Origin: the human T2T-CHM13v2.0 reference genome, Homo sapiens
NCBI RefSeq assembly: GCF_009914755.1
Contig: NC_060932.1
Direction: 5' to 3' (one strand)
DNA length: 64,000 bases
Shown one piece after another: positions 40,231 to 54,995 of this stretch. A program made the position numbers and the translations under genes. The notes below the pieces were generated by a model. That model had not been told where the DNA came from, did no database searches, and saw only the letters and a list, made by a program, of their open reading frames with translations. Positions within the stretch are counted from its first letter, which is position 1; each line of letters starts with the position of its first letter.

Positions 40231-43200
40231 ATGTCCAGCTCCCTAGGAATATATGAGATCTCTATATCTGGGCTTGGAATCTCTTTATTGAACTTAAGCC
40301 ATAAAAGAGCATCCTTGGGAATATTCTTCTTTGCTAGGGTTCAGAAACAGTGATCAAGGTATTAAGAAGCGGGTACAAAGTATACTTGAGTCTGAAGGCA
40401 TTGTGGGGACTGCAACTAGATAGTTCTCCCAAGAAGAGTGTGGACTCTCACATTCCCAAGGTGGATCTAGCATTGGAAGTAGGGATGACCCTTCAGCATT
40501 GATAAGAAGACTTTATCCTTTAGGGCTTAATTGTTAGTGACCAGGCATCATTATAAGGCAATCCCTGTACTCTCCCACTTACTTAGGTTGCAAGTAATTA
40601 ACTTACCTTATTTCTCAAGAGAATAAAAAATATATTGTTATGTACATTAGAATGGTTTTAATTTTCTTGTTTCTGTGGTCCTTTTCTAATTTATCTCAGC
40701 TTCTGCTCTTTGCCTCTCCTACTGTCTCTGTATTGTCTGGGTCATTTCTGGTTTTGCATTACCTGCCTGGGGAAGCAGCCTGAATCAGCCTTCCTGGCCA
40801 CAGTGTACCCAGCTGATGCCAATTATGCAGAGCCAATTCAGATGCCTACATAGAGCAATTGATTCTAGCGACTTTGAGAGTCTAGTGTGTGGGATTCAAG
40901 CCTGGGGAGCCAGAAGGCTGAGTGGGAGTAAACTCCAGGGGCCCTAGCTTCCTGGTGAGTTCAGAGGCAGGGTGCAGAGAGGTTCCTGTGGATTCATCTC
41001 AGCAAAGATATTTAATTTTATTCCTGTAATAAACAAGATTCTGGGCTTCTTGGAGCTTTAGTTCAGGGAACATCAAAGTTCAGAGAATTGTGATTGGTCT
41101 AGGGCTTTATTAGAGATAGCTGTGTTGGGTTGCCTTGTGTCAGTAAGCATGCTGGGAAATTTATCCTAATGTCCTTAAAAGAAGAAAGAGGTCCTGGAAG
41201 TTAGTAATTAAATGGGCCTAGTCATTAGTGTTAGAGTGAAGTGGGGCAGGGAGCCAGGCTGCATTCATGTTTATTCAGAGAATGAACAATTCCCATGAAT
41301 TGTTCAGTTTGGAAATGTTTAACTGTGAGAAAATCATTATATTTTAACTTCATAAATTTATGCCTAGATGTGTAGAGTACCAGGGATTTTTTGTGTACCC
41401 TATGGTGTTTTTATGTGCATGGTCTTTGAGTGCAGTGACCAAAATTCATGGCTTGCTGTTGTTTACCGAACTTAATGGAGAATTGATAAATATTCACAAA
41501 CATTATTTGGATGTATTCAATCTGATAAAATAGATTTAAGATGATGAGTTTTCTGCTTTGTCTTGACTTGTTGAATGGAGGAAATTTCCCGAATTAAATA
41601 ATCTCTAAGAGGTAAGATTATGTTTAGAAAACCTTCATTTTATCACATTTATGAGTGAATTATTTTATCTAAGGCTTTTTTGTAGTTCTCAGAGAAAATT
41701 ATTTAGGCAAACCCTTGAAAACATATTTTTGGAACTAGTTTTCTTCCTAGTATATCCTATGTCCATGAGTTTGATGTAATCTAAGTGTATCTATATCCAT
41801 GTTTCATCCCAGTTCAGGGTTATGAGGATTACAAAATTATTCTAACATCTGAGGTCCTGTCCTTGCATCGGAGCTGGCAAAGATGGGGTTGGGGATGGGA
41901 AAGGAGGTCTCTATTCCTGTTGTGAGCCCAGTTCCAACCTGAGTGGCTCTAGGCCTACACTCTTTGCAAGCAGATTTTCCACAGCTGCCCAGGTAGGGTC
42001 CCAGTAGGGCTACATAAAAACTTTGCCATTTGAAGTCACTAGGTGTGTTTAGAGTTTAAGGGGAAAGGAGAAGAAGCTGGTATAAAATACTTCAGTCAGT
42101 TCCTATTCTTATCTGCTTTCAAGCGAAATCCATTTATCCTAAAATGTTCTAATAGATTTTAGGGCTTAAACTTTTTTTCTCTCTAGCTTGTGCCTTCTAA
42201 CCTCTGACTCCTAGGCTTGATAGAAAACTACATTTTCTTTTAGTAAAATTTGTGTGTGTGCATGTATGTGTGTTTTAATCTAACACAGGTCTGTCTTCTC
42301 CAGATATCTATTCAGTAGGTTCTTCCCCTTCCTTCAGTTAGCTTTCTCAGAACTGAGAAATGCCAGGCTAGCTATTTATTTCCTTGTCCAGGAAAGACCT
42401 CTGTGCTGCTTTGGAGATTGTGAACTCCAAACTGCTGGTTCAACAATGTGTTCTGGCTGTGTCCTTGCCCTCCTGCCCAAATCCTCTCTCTCTCTCTGCT
42501 CCCAGCTCTCTTTCTTCTCAACTTTTCACACCCTAGTAATAAACAGATCATAGGCACTTTTATATGCTGTTCTAGCTCTGCTAAAACCAAATGGATATTG
42601 TACATATTCAATGAGTCTTATGTAGTAGACATTTAAGGCTATTGAGCTATTGAATCAAATCTTTATGGCAGGTGATTAATTACCTGCAGATTAATTAATT
42701 AATTAATTAATGCCGCAGATTCTCAAATAAACTTAGAAATCATGATCAGATGCAGTTATTAGCAACTGGTAAAGTACACCTATGACTACCATAACATATA
42801 CTGTTTAGATAGGCTTATCAGATAAGTCTGGAGGAAAACAGGATTGGAATTAAACTGAATATTATAATGGTAAAAAAAAGAATGATCAATAATAACAGTT
42901 CCAAGAATCTTTTGGCAGGGAGAGGACAAGCCATTATCACACTAACCTCTTTAAATTTTTACAGATTAGATTTTAGTTTTTGAAGATGTAGTTTTTCAGT
43001 ATATATATTGTTTTGTGTTCCACTCTTTTTCGAAGTACCTGTGGTTTCTATAAGTCTACATTAATTATTAAATATAATGGACTTAGTGATTTTATACATA
43101 AATATATATAAGCAATTTATTCATTGTAGAATATTAAGTTAATTTTAATTTCCTTCCTTCTTATTAAAGATACATTTGGAGTAGACCTTTTGTTAATGTG

Positions 43201-43744
43201 GATTTGGCTTTTGTTAAGTGTGTTTCTTTAGCAATCATTTCTATAGGTAGGGTTGTTGGGTAAAAGGACATAAACATAAATGTTTTTATAAATGAATAAT
43301 TTTGAAACGTTCAATGCTACCAGCTGTGTAAGTATATAATAAAGTTTCACCATGGCCTGGAGTATCAAATATTATAATTTAAAATATATTTTAATACTCT
43401 GATGTGATTAAATTGTTACCTCAAGTTTGCTATAATTTGCTTTTTTTATTATGAGGAAAAGCAAGACATTTTCTATTTTGTGTTTACTCTTTGTATTGTC
43501 TTTTTAAAAAAATTTTTCCTTCAGTTTTTATTTATTTATTTTTATACTGTAAGTTCTAGGGTACACGTGCACAACGTGCAGGTTTGTTACATAGGTATAC
43601 ATGTGCCAGGTTGGTTTGCTGCACCCATCAACTTGTCATTTACATTAGGTATTTCTCCTAATGCTATCCCTCCCCTAGCCCCCCACCCCACAACAGGCCC
43701 TGGTGTGTGATTTTCTCTGCCCTGTGTCCAAGTGTTCTCATCGT

Positions 43745-47575
<3,831 letters not shown>

Positions 47576-47673
47576 TGATGTTAGTTGGTTATTTTCCCTG
47601 TTATTTGATGCAGTTTCTTCCCAGCTTCAATGTTCTTTACAATTTGGCATGTTTTTGCAGTGGCTGGTACCGG

Positions 47674-48661
47674 TTATTCCTTTCCATGTTTAGTGCTTCC
47701 TTCAGGTGGTGTTGTATGGCAGGCCTTGTGGTTTACAAAATCTGTCAGCATTTGCTTGCCTATAGAGGATTTTATTTCTCCTTCACTTATGAAGCTTAGT
47801 TTGGCTGGATATGAAATTCTGGATTGAAAATTCTTCTCTTTAAGAATGTTGAGTATTGGCCCCCATTCTCTTCTGGCTTGTAGGGTTTCTGCTGAGAGAT
47901 CCGCCATTAGTCTGATGGGCTTCCCTTTGTACATAACCTGACCGTTGTCTCTGGCTGCCCTTAACATTTTTTCCTTCATTTCAACCTTGGTGAATCTGAC
48001 AATTATGTGCCTTGGGGTTGTTCTTCTTGAAGAGTATCTTTGTGGTGTTCTCTGTATTTCCTGAATTTGAATGTTGGCCTCTCTTGCTAGGTTGGGGAAG
48101 TTCTCCTGGATAATATCCTGAAGAGTGTTGTCCAACTTGGTTCCATTTTCCCCATCACTTTCAGGTACACCAATCAGACATAGATTGGTCTTTTCACATA
48201 GTTTCATATTTCTTGGAGGCTTTGTTGGTTACTTTTTACTTTTTTTCTCTAATCTTGTATTCTCACTTTATTTCATTAATTTGATCTTCGATCACTGATA
48301 CCCTTTCTTCCACTTGATTGAATTGGCTATTGAAGCTTGTGCAAGAGTCACGAAGTTCTCTTGCCATGGTTTTCAGCTCCATCTGGTCATATAAGGTCTT
48401 CTCTAGACTGTTTATTCTAGTTAGCCATTCGTCTAACGTTTTTTCAAGGTTTTTGGTTTCCTTGTGATGGGTTAGGACATGCTCCTTTAGCTCTGAGAAG
48501 TTTGTTATTACTGACCTTCTGAAGCCTACTTCTGTCAACTCGTCAAAGTCATTCTCCATCCAGCTTTGTTCCTTTGCTGGCAAGGAGCTGCAATTCTTTG
48601 GAGGAGAATAGGCACTCTGGTTTTTAGAATATTCAGGTTTTCTGCTCTGGTTTCTCCCCAT
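47674..48661 (-). pseudogene. L1 ORF1 remnant, frameshifted
   Basis: MGRNQSRK...WMENDFDEL...; LIGVPESDGENGTKL; YPAKLSFISEGEIK. Confidence 0.95.
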
Positions 48662-49265
48662 CTTTGTTGTTTAATCTACCTTTGGTCTTTGATGTTGGTG
48701 ACCTACAGATGTGGTTTTGTTGTAGATGATCTTTTTGTTGATGTTGATGCTATTCCTTTCTGTTTATTAGTTTTCCTTCTAACAGTCAAGTCCCTTAGCT
48801 GCAGATCTGTTGGAGTTTGCTGGACATCCACTCCAGACCCTGTTTGCCTGGGTATCACCAGTGTAGGCTGTGGAACAGCAAATATTGCAGACAGCAAATA
48901 TTGCTGCCTGATCCTTCCTCTGGAAGCTTCATCCCAGAGGGGCACCTGCCTGTATGAGGTGTCTGTTGGCCCCTATTGGGAGTTGTCTCCCAGTTAGGCT
49001 ACGTGGGGCCAGGGACCCACTTGAGGAGGCAGTCTGTCCATTCTAAGAGCTCAAACGCCATTCTGGGAGAACCACTGCTCTCTTCAGAGCTGTCAGACAA
49101 GGACATTTAAGTCTGCAGAAGTTTCTGCTGTGTTTTGTTCAGCTGTGCCCTGCCCACAGAGGTGGAGTCTATAGAGGCAGTAGGCCTTGCTGAGCTGTGG
49201 TGGGCTCCGCCCAGTTCAAGCTTCCAAGCCACTTTGTTTACCTACTCAAGCCTCAGCAATGGTGG

Positions 49266-49592
49266 ATGCCCCTCCCCCCAGCCATACCGCAGCCTTGCAG
49301 GTCAATCTCAGACTGCTGCCCTAGCAGTGAGCAAGGCTCCATGGGTGTGGACCCCACTGAGTCAGGCACGGGACAGAATCTCCTGGTCTGCCGGTTGCTA
49401 AGACTGTGGGAAAAGCACAATATTTGGGCGAGAGTGTCCCGTTTTTCCAGGTACAGTCTGTCACGGCTTCCCTTGGCTAGGAAAGGGAAATCCCCTGACC
49501 CCTTGCACTTCCCGGGTGAGGTCAAGCCCTGCCCTGCTTCAGCTCACCCTCAGTGGGCTGCTCTCACTGTCCAACCAATTCCAATGAGATGA
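49266..49592 (+). other. L1 antisense ORF0 homologue (open, 108 codons) in the L1 5'UTR
   Basis: MPLPPAIPQPCRSISDCCPSSEQGSMGVDP...EKHNIWARVSRFSR aligns with recalled L1 ORF0 (PPPASLPPCSLISDCCAS...EKRNIRVGVTRFSR). The canonical ATG at 49259 appears shifted by an extra C; the ATG at 49266 is in frame. Confidence 0.7.
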
Positions 49593-52500
49593 ACAAGGTA
49601 CCTCAGTTGGAAATGCAGAAATCACCTGTCTTCTGCATTGATTACGCTGGGAGCTGCAGACCAGAGCTGTTCCTGTTTGGCCATCTTTGAATGGTCCCTC
49701 TACTCTTTGTATTTTATTTTGTATGAATTCTGTTTGTATTACAAGATATGTATTTCTCTTCTCCCTCTCTCCCAAGAGTCTAAAAGCAAACTTTACTCAG
49801 GGATAAGAAATTTTATATTTTTTTCATTAAATATTATTTATATTATAAATATATTTGACTAGAATCTAGGATGAATTCCCCAAAGAACCCACAAGGTTGA
49901 TTAAACTTAAATTTTGGTATGAGAGTTTTTTTTCCCCTCTTTCTTTTGCATTGCAGTTTATGGAAATTACCTACAATTTTACATCACTTTAGACATGTAT
50001 ATTAAATAGTAAAATGAAGTCCTTTTACACATTGTAACCATGTAATTGATCATTATATTTAAGGAACTGACATTCGGCAGGATCATCAGTTACTGGTATT
50101 TACTGAGCATTCACTTGAATCAGGTATTGTTAAGTAGGGGAGAGACACAATGGTGAAATGGCTCAGACCATGCCCTCGGGGAACTTTGTGATCTAGGTTA
50201 TCAGAAAGAATGATAAATAATTTAAATAGATGTGCCATGGTAAGAGAAACAAAATCAAGAAAAATTCACAACCAAGTGAGTCCAAGAAACCCAAAGGAGG
50301 CCAGTGCAGTGTGAAAGGGAAGCATTTCATTTAACTTTAACTGAGAGCTAAAGGAGAAGCAGGAGTTACCTGCTCTATCTAACTGGGCCTTAAGTATCCC
50401 CACTCTTTTGTTCTGATGGTGATGATGATGGTTGTTTTTAGTCTCTGTGGGTGAGCATTAGTAGGTAGTTTCTGTATTTTCTCAGAAGGCAAACTTAAGC
50501 ATCACAGAAGAGTCCAGGTCCATGGAGAGAAGCCAGGCAGACACCCTGAACACCAAACTCCTCTACTAGGTTTGTTTGTTTGGCAGCTCAGTGTCTTGAC
50601 CTGTTTCTTCAAAAAGGAAATGTTCACAAAGTGGTACTTAAGCCTCATGTCCTGGCCCTTCGGGATCTGGTTCAGCACATCTGCATTAAATTCGTGTTCT
50701 AGTACCTCATGGCTTATGGGAGGAGAACAGAAGAGCTGTTAAGGAGGAAAATGTACTCTGAGGCTGTCATGCTGCTAATGACCAGCATTCTGACACATGG
50801 GCACTTTCTAACACTGAAAGGCCCCTTGCAGACTCATCTGAAAGGCAGCCTTACGTTCTATGAACATATCTCCCTATTCCTTTAGGATCACTACGAGCTG
50901 AAGTTACAGAGCTATATAGATTGGCCTCACAGCACGATTCATTTGATTGTAAGAAAGTGGGGCCCACCTCAGAGGAAGAGGTCACCTGGGCTTGAATGAC
51001 CTGCCATCACTGCCTGCTGTACCTGAGAGACTTGTTCTGCTACCAGAGGGAGATCCTACCTCTGGTCACCAAGAACTTGGCAGAGAGATGTTATTATAGA
51101 GCCCTGTCAGTGTCCCTGCACATGGGAATGCCTTTCAACCTGTTGGGAGCTATCACAGGGAATAAATACCATGACATTGAATCCATGTACTTCTATCAGC
51201 ACTGGCTCTACTCAGAAGTGCCTTTTAAAGGGGCATCTTGGAGCCTCAAAGGGCTCTTTGATCATGCAGGGAAAAGGTACAGCCATCTGAAAATGTACCA
51301 GGGAAAGAAAGTGTCCCCCAAGCAGAGGCAGTGTTGGGATAACCAAAGGTTACTGGTTAGCTTCCTCTATCTTCAGAGCCTTCTGCAGCCTCAAAGGAAA
51401 TTCACAGCAGTCAAGTTGATAGCTAGTTCTGCTACTTCTGCTACTTCTGGAAGACTTGTCTCTGTCTTTCCTATCGGCCATGTCCATCTTACCCAAGCTG
51501 AGCGTCCATGAAGTGAAAGCTCCTAAGAGGCGATTTGTTTCTCCTAGACCTCCTCATCTTCCACATGGGGCTTCTTTGACTCATGAATGTGAACAGCCTG
51601 AGGAAAACAGGCTTAAAACAGCACAGGCCAGCAGTCATCTTCACCTTGACTTTCTCTCATCTCATTCAACATGTGGATGCACGAATCCAGGCTGAGATCC
51701 AGATAAACAAGCTGGCTGCAGAGGTTGCTGTCCCTGGTGATGGAAGTCAGGATTGAAAAGTTTAGGGAGGGGCAACAAGACTTTCCAGCTCCCTGTCCTG
51801 GGCCCCACTACAGAAAATCACAGAAAAAACACAGGCTGTCTTGTGTTTCTAGTGAGGGCTACAACTCGGAAGCTAATTTTCATTCTTACTGTGAGTCGGT
51901 TGAAACAGATGAATAGGAAAACACATCCTTAAGTTCACAGGTCCACTCAGAAACAAGCATTGAGAGACTTTCATTCAGATACAACTGATGAAGAAGAGAC
52001 TGGCTTCCCAAATCCAGAAGCAGTACAGGAAAGTGGGGCCACATCCAAATGTAAAGCTGTTTATCCCAGGGATAAGTGAAGGGCACATAAACCTCTCCAT
52101 CATCTCCCAGATCTGCTGAAAACAACAATTTCTGCCACCCTACCAGCCCCATTGAGCCAAAAGCTCCAAGTGAAACCTGGCTTGTGCTTGGCTCCTGCCT
52201 TCAGTTCACGGTATTCTGAGGCCTCAGTCTCAGCTGAGCCCTGCCTCCTCCAGTGCATCTGGCATTAAGTACAAGGATGATATGAGCAGCTTTTTTGAGC
52301 TAGAGCCTCCAACTGGCTCCTATTTGGGGCAGAATGCCTCCATTGGCCAGTTTCACAATACTCTCCAGACCATTAAAAAGAAATTGAAGATCCTCTCTGT
52401 GGGAGGTACTGCTGCCCACCATCAAGGTGATGCTTGGCTGGCTCTTTGCCAGCCACAACCTCCTCAACTCACGTTAGTAGAGTCCACGTAGCCTGTGGGA

Positions 52501-52611
52501 CCACCTGTTGATGCTCCTGAACCTGCTTCCCTCAGTGGGAGGCCTTCAGGAGCCAGGCCTTGGCCTGTCCCACCATCTGCATGACCTATTGCAGAGCTGT
52601 AAAGGTTCCAA

Positions 52612-54006
52612 TAATATTCATTTCTGAGTTTCTTATTCTTTTTAAATGTCTATAAATCCACAGAGTTACTTAGACAGTACCATTTCTGAGAAAAGTTGAT
52701 GGCCATCAAGAAGAATTAAGCCACTCAAGAATTACTGGAAAGAGTATAGTTAACCCTTGAATAATATGGGTTAGAACTGCACAGGTCCTCTTATACGTGA
52801 TTTTTTAAAATTAAACTTACACAGAATGTGCCTGTCTTTCTTGCCTCCCCCTCCACCTTCTCACCTCTTCTTCCTCTGCCACCCATGAAAGAACAAGACC
52901 AACTTCCCCTCTCTCTCCTCCTACTCAGTCTACTCAACATGAAGATGACAAAGATGAAGAGCTTTATAATGATCCACTCCCACTTAAAAAACGGTAAATA
53001 TATTTTCTCTTCCTTATGATTTTAATAACAATGTTCTCTTTTCTCTAGCTTACTTTATTGTAAGAAGATAGTATATAATACATGTAACAGACAAAATATG
53101 TGTTAATTGACTAGTTATGTTATTGGTAAGGCTTCCAGTCAATAGTAGCTCTTAGTAGTTAAGTTTTGGGGGATTCAAAAATTATATGTGAACAAAAATT
53201 ATATGACTGCACAGGGGTGAGCATCCCTAACCCCCATGTTGTTCAAGCGTCAACTGTAATTCTGTTTGGATTAACACGTGTTATTCCCAATACTGTTCAA
53301 CATTATCACTAGCCACAAACTCTGAATATGACTTACCATTCTCCTGGACTCTTTAATCAGGATAAAGCAATCCTGAAATGGGCTCAATCAAGCTTTCAAA
53401 CCCCATAAGCAATAATATACTTCTATATCAGACATCTATACCTGAAAAGTGGGTGCGGGAGGTGAGAGGTTTAATCTAAAATAATATGTTAGTGGTTTAA
53501 CTTCAGTACAAAAGTACATTTATCAAAAGTTTCATTTAAGAAGATCTAATGATTTTTTTGTAAAGGAGCACTGAGGAACAAGAAGCAGTTGAAAAAATTG
53601 AAGAACTTTTTAGCCCTAGTATTTGGAAGCTGAGACAATTTCCAATAGTGGAAGTACACAACAGAAATATTACACCCCGAATAAGGGGATCACAAATGAA
53701 AGGCAGCCTTCAGATATCTACAATTTTATATACAGTAGATCTGGCAGAATATCAGAGGCAGGAATGATCTGACACATAATCTGTTAGCTGCTCTCAGAAG
53801 GATCTTTGTTCACTGGTTGGATGGATTTCACTGATTGCTGGCCCTGAGGATGTCAACAGCACCACAGTAGCAAAGAATACATAAACCAGTAGAAACAGGA
53901 AAGTCTGAGGGAAGTCATGATTTCTCAGTGGTCTAGTCCAAAAGCAAGAAAATCTTTGCTCAACCTAATAAATGTAACTTCAGTTGCAACAACAACAACA
54001 ACAAAA
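52612..54006 (+). other. Retroposed insert with TSD and A-rich tail; candidate endogenous bornavirus-like nucleoprotein element (EBLN)
   Basis: TSD AAAGGTTCCAA at 52601-52611 and 54007-54017; (CAA)n/A tail at 53988-54006; several frameshifted peptide segments collinear with recalled Borna disease virus N (see findings). The insert structure is directly visible; the viral identity is by eye. Confidence 0.62.
52747..53256 (+). mobile_element. Tigger2-family (Tigger2a/MER28-like) non-autonomous DNA transposon
   Basis: TIRs tagttaacccttgaataa ... ttgttcaagcgtcaactg flanked by TA (52745-46 and 53257-58); internal 'ctactcaacatgaagatgac...gatccactcccacttaa'. Confidence 0.92.
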
Positions 54007-54989
54007 AAAGGTTCCAACATCCCCAGGTTGCTGCAACTTCTTGAGGATATTGCTCTGTTCTGGTTGTCTCCCCTGCAGGCTTCCCAGGAAAGGGTGGATT
54101 TAGGGCAGGTCCCACCTCCATTCAGCAATCAGGATGAAGCTGCTGTGTGCCTCTGTTTCCCCAGAAGCATTAGCTACTTTGTAACTAGACTCCCTGGACA
54201 GTTCTTGAGGTTTAACCCTAAGATGGGTGTCTTTGTGAGCACTACACTTGAAGGAGCAGAAAACCCATCTCAGCAGCTTCCAGGGAGAACTTCAAGGACT
54301 CTGTTTTCCAAAGATATGGTCCAGCTCTGGCTTTAGCATGAAGTGGCACAATTCGTGAAGACCTCAGGGGCCTCTAGACTCAGTCAGCCTTGAACCCTTA
54401 CCTGTTTCGCAAACTCTGGGCCTTCTGCGAGCGTCTTGCAATCATCCAGCAACTTGCCACCTCTGGTAAATTTCCCCTTATCATACCCAAGATTGTGGTT
54501 AACACAGTGTATGTCCTGAGGGGAGAAGACCACAGGGCCTGGGCAGCCATCAGCCTCCTAGAGGGGGAACTGAAGAGAGAGAATCAGTACATTCTATGCC
54601 AGCCCTTTGTGTTTGAGAGGTTTGTGAGGTCCAGGATGACCAGGCCAGACTCTGATACCTGGGATCTCTATAACATTCTTGACTTCTGCAAAGGCCTGCT
54701 GGACTTATCCAGACCAGTGACGCTCGATTCCAGCAGCATGGGGTCTATCATCATCAGCATCTGTTTGGACAACACTAGGAACTTCTTATACCCTCTGTAT
54801 TTGGCACTGGGGATAGCAAGTGAAGCTAGTGTGGAGATCAAGAACATCCAGCACTTCCAAAGAGAGTGGAAAATGATCAGATGACATAGTCTGTCTCTCT
54901 TCTGTCTACTCCTTCAGCACTTATGAATCAAACTCAATTTGTTTCTCTGTCTTGAGTAAGCACCTAATGTTCACAGTAAACATTGTGTA

Positions 54990-54995
54990 AATAAA
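54990..54995 (+). promoter_or_regulatory. Candidate polyadenylation signal of the SMG5-like retrocopy
   Basis: AATAAA ~105 nt after the TGA at 54884, followed by GT/T-rich sequence. Confidence 0.35.

Larger units (their letters stand above)
50501..54884 (+). pseudogene. SMG5: Intronless SMG5-like retro-pseudogene (EST1/TPR-like N-terminal domain to C-terminal PIN domain), interrupted at 52612-54006
   Basis: Collinear with recalled human SMG5: LNTKLLY~LHTKRLY (~50546); YGRRTEELLRRKMY~YGRKAEELLWRKVY; CHHCLLYLRDL..LAERCYYRALSV..GMPFNLLG~CHRCLVYLGDL..LAERFYYQALSV..GMPFNQLG; RLLVSFLYLQSLLQP; LLNLLP; FNPKMGVFVS; QLATSGKF..IP; WDLYNILDFCK; ASVEIKN. No introns; several stops (e.g. TAG ~50567) and frameshifts. 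The symbol names the parent gene, not this locus. Confidence 0.93.

Noticed and set aside
42674-42712. (TTAA)n self-complementary run
   Set aside because: Short simple repeat with no associated transposon ends
50996-51511. 171-aa SMG5-like ORF as an intact protein-coding gene
   Set aside because: It is an internal fragment, bounded upstream by in-frame stops and leaving SMG5 homology by frameshift near 51420-51450
52612-53990. Insert as a processed copy of a cellular mRNA (AATAAA at 53967-53972, acceptor-like ccacag near 52663)
   Set aside because: I could not match it to any cellular protein I recognise, and the AATAAA lies within the N-like C-terminal codons. Not excluded; this remains the main alternative to the EBLN call
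52612-54006. Insert as a true intron of the SMG5-like gene
   Set aside because: It has no GT-AG ends and is flanked by a direct repeat with an A-rich tail, which indicates retroposition
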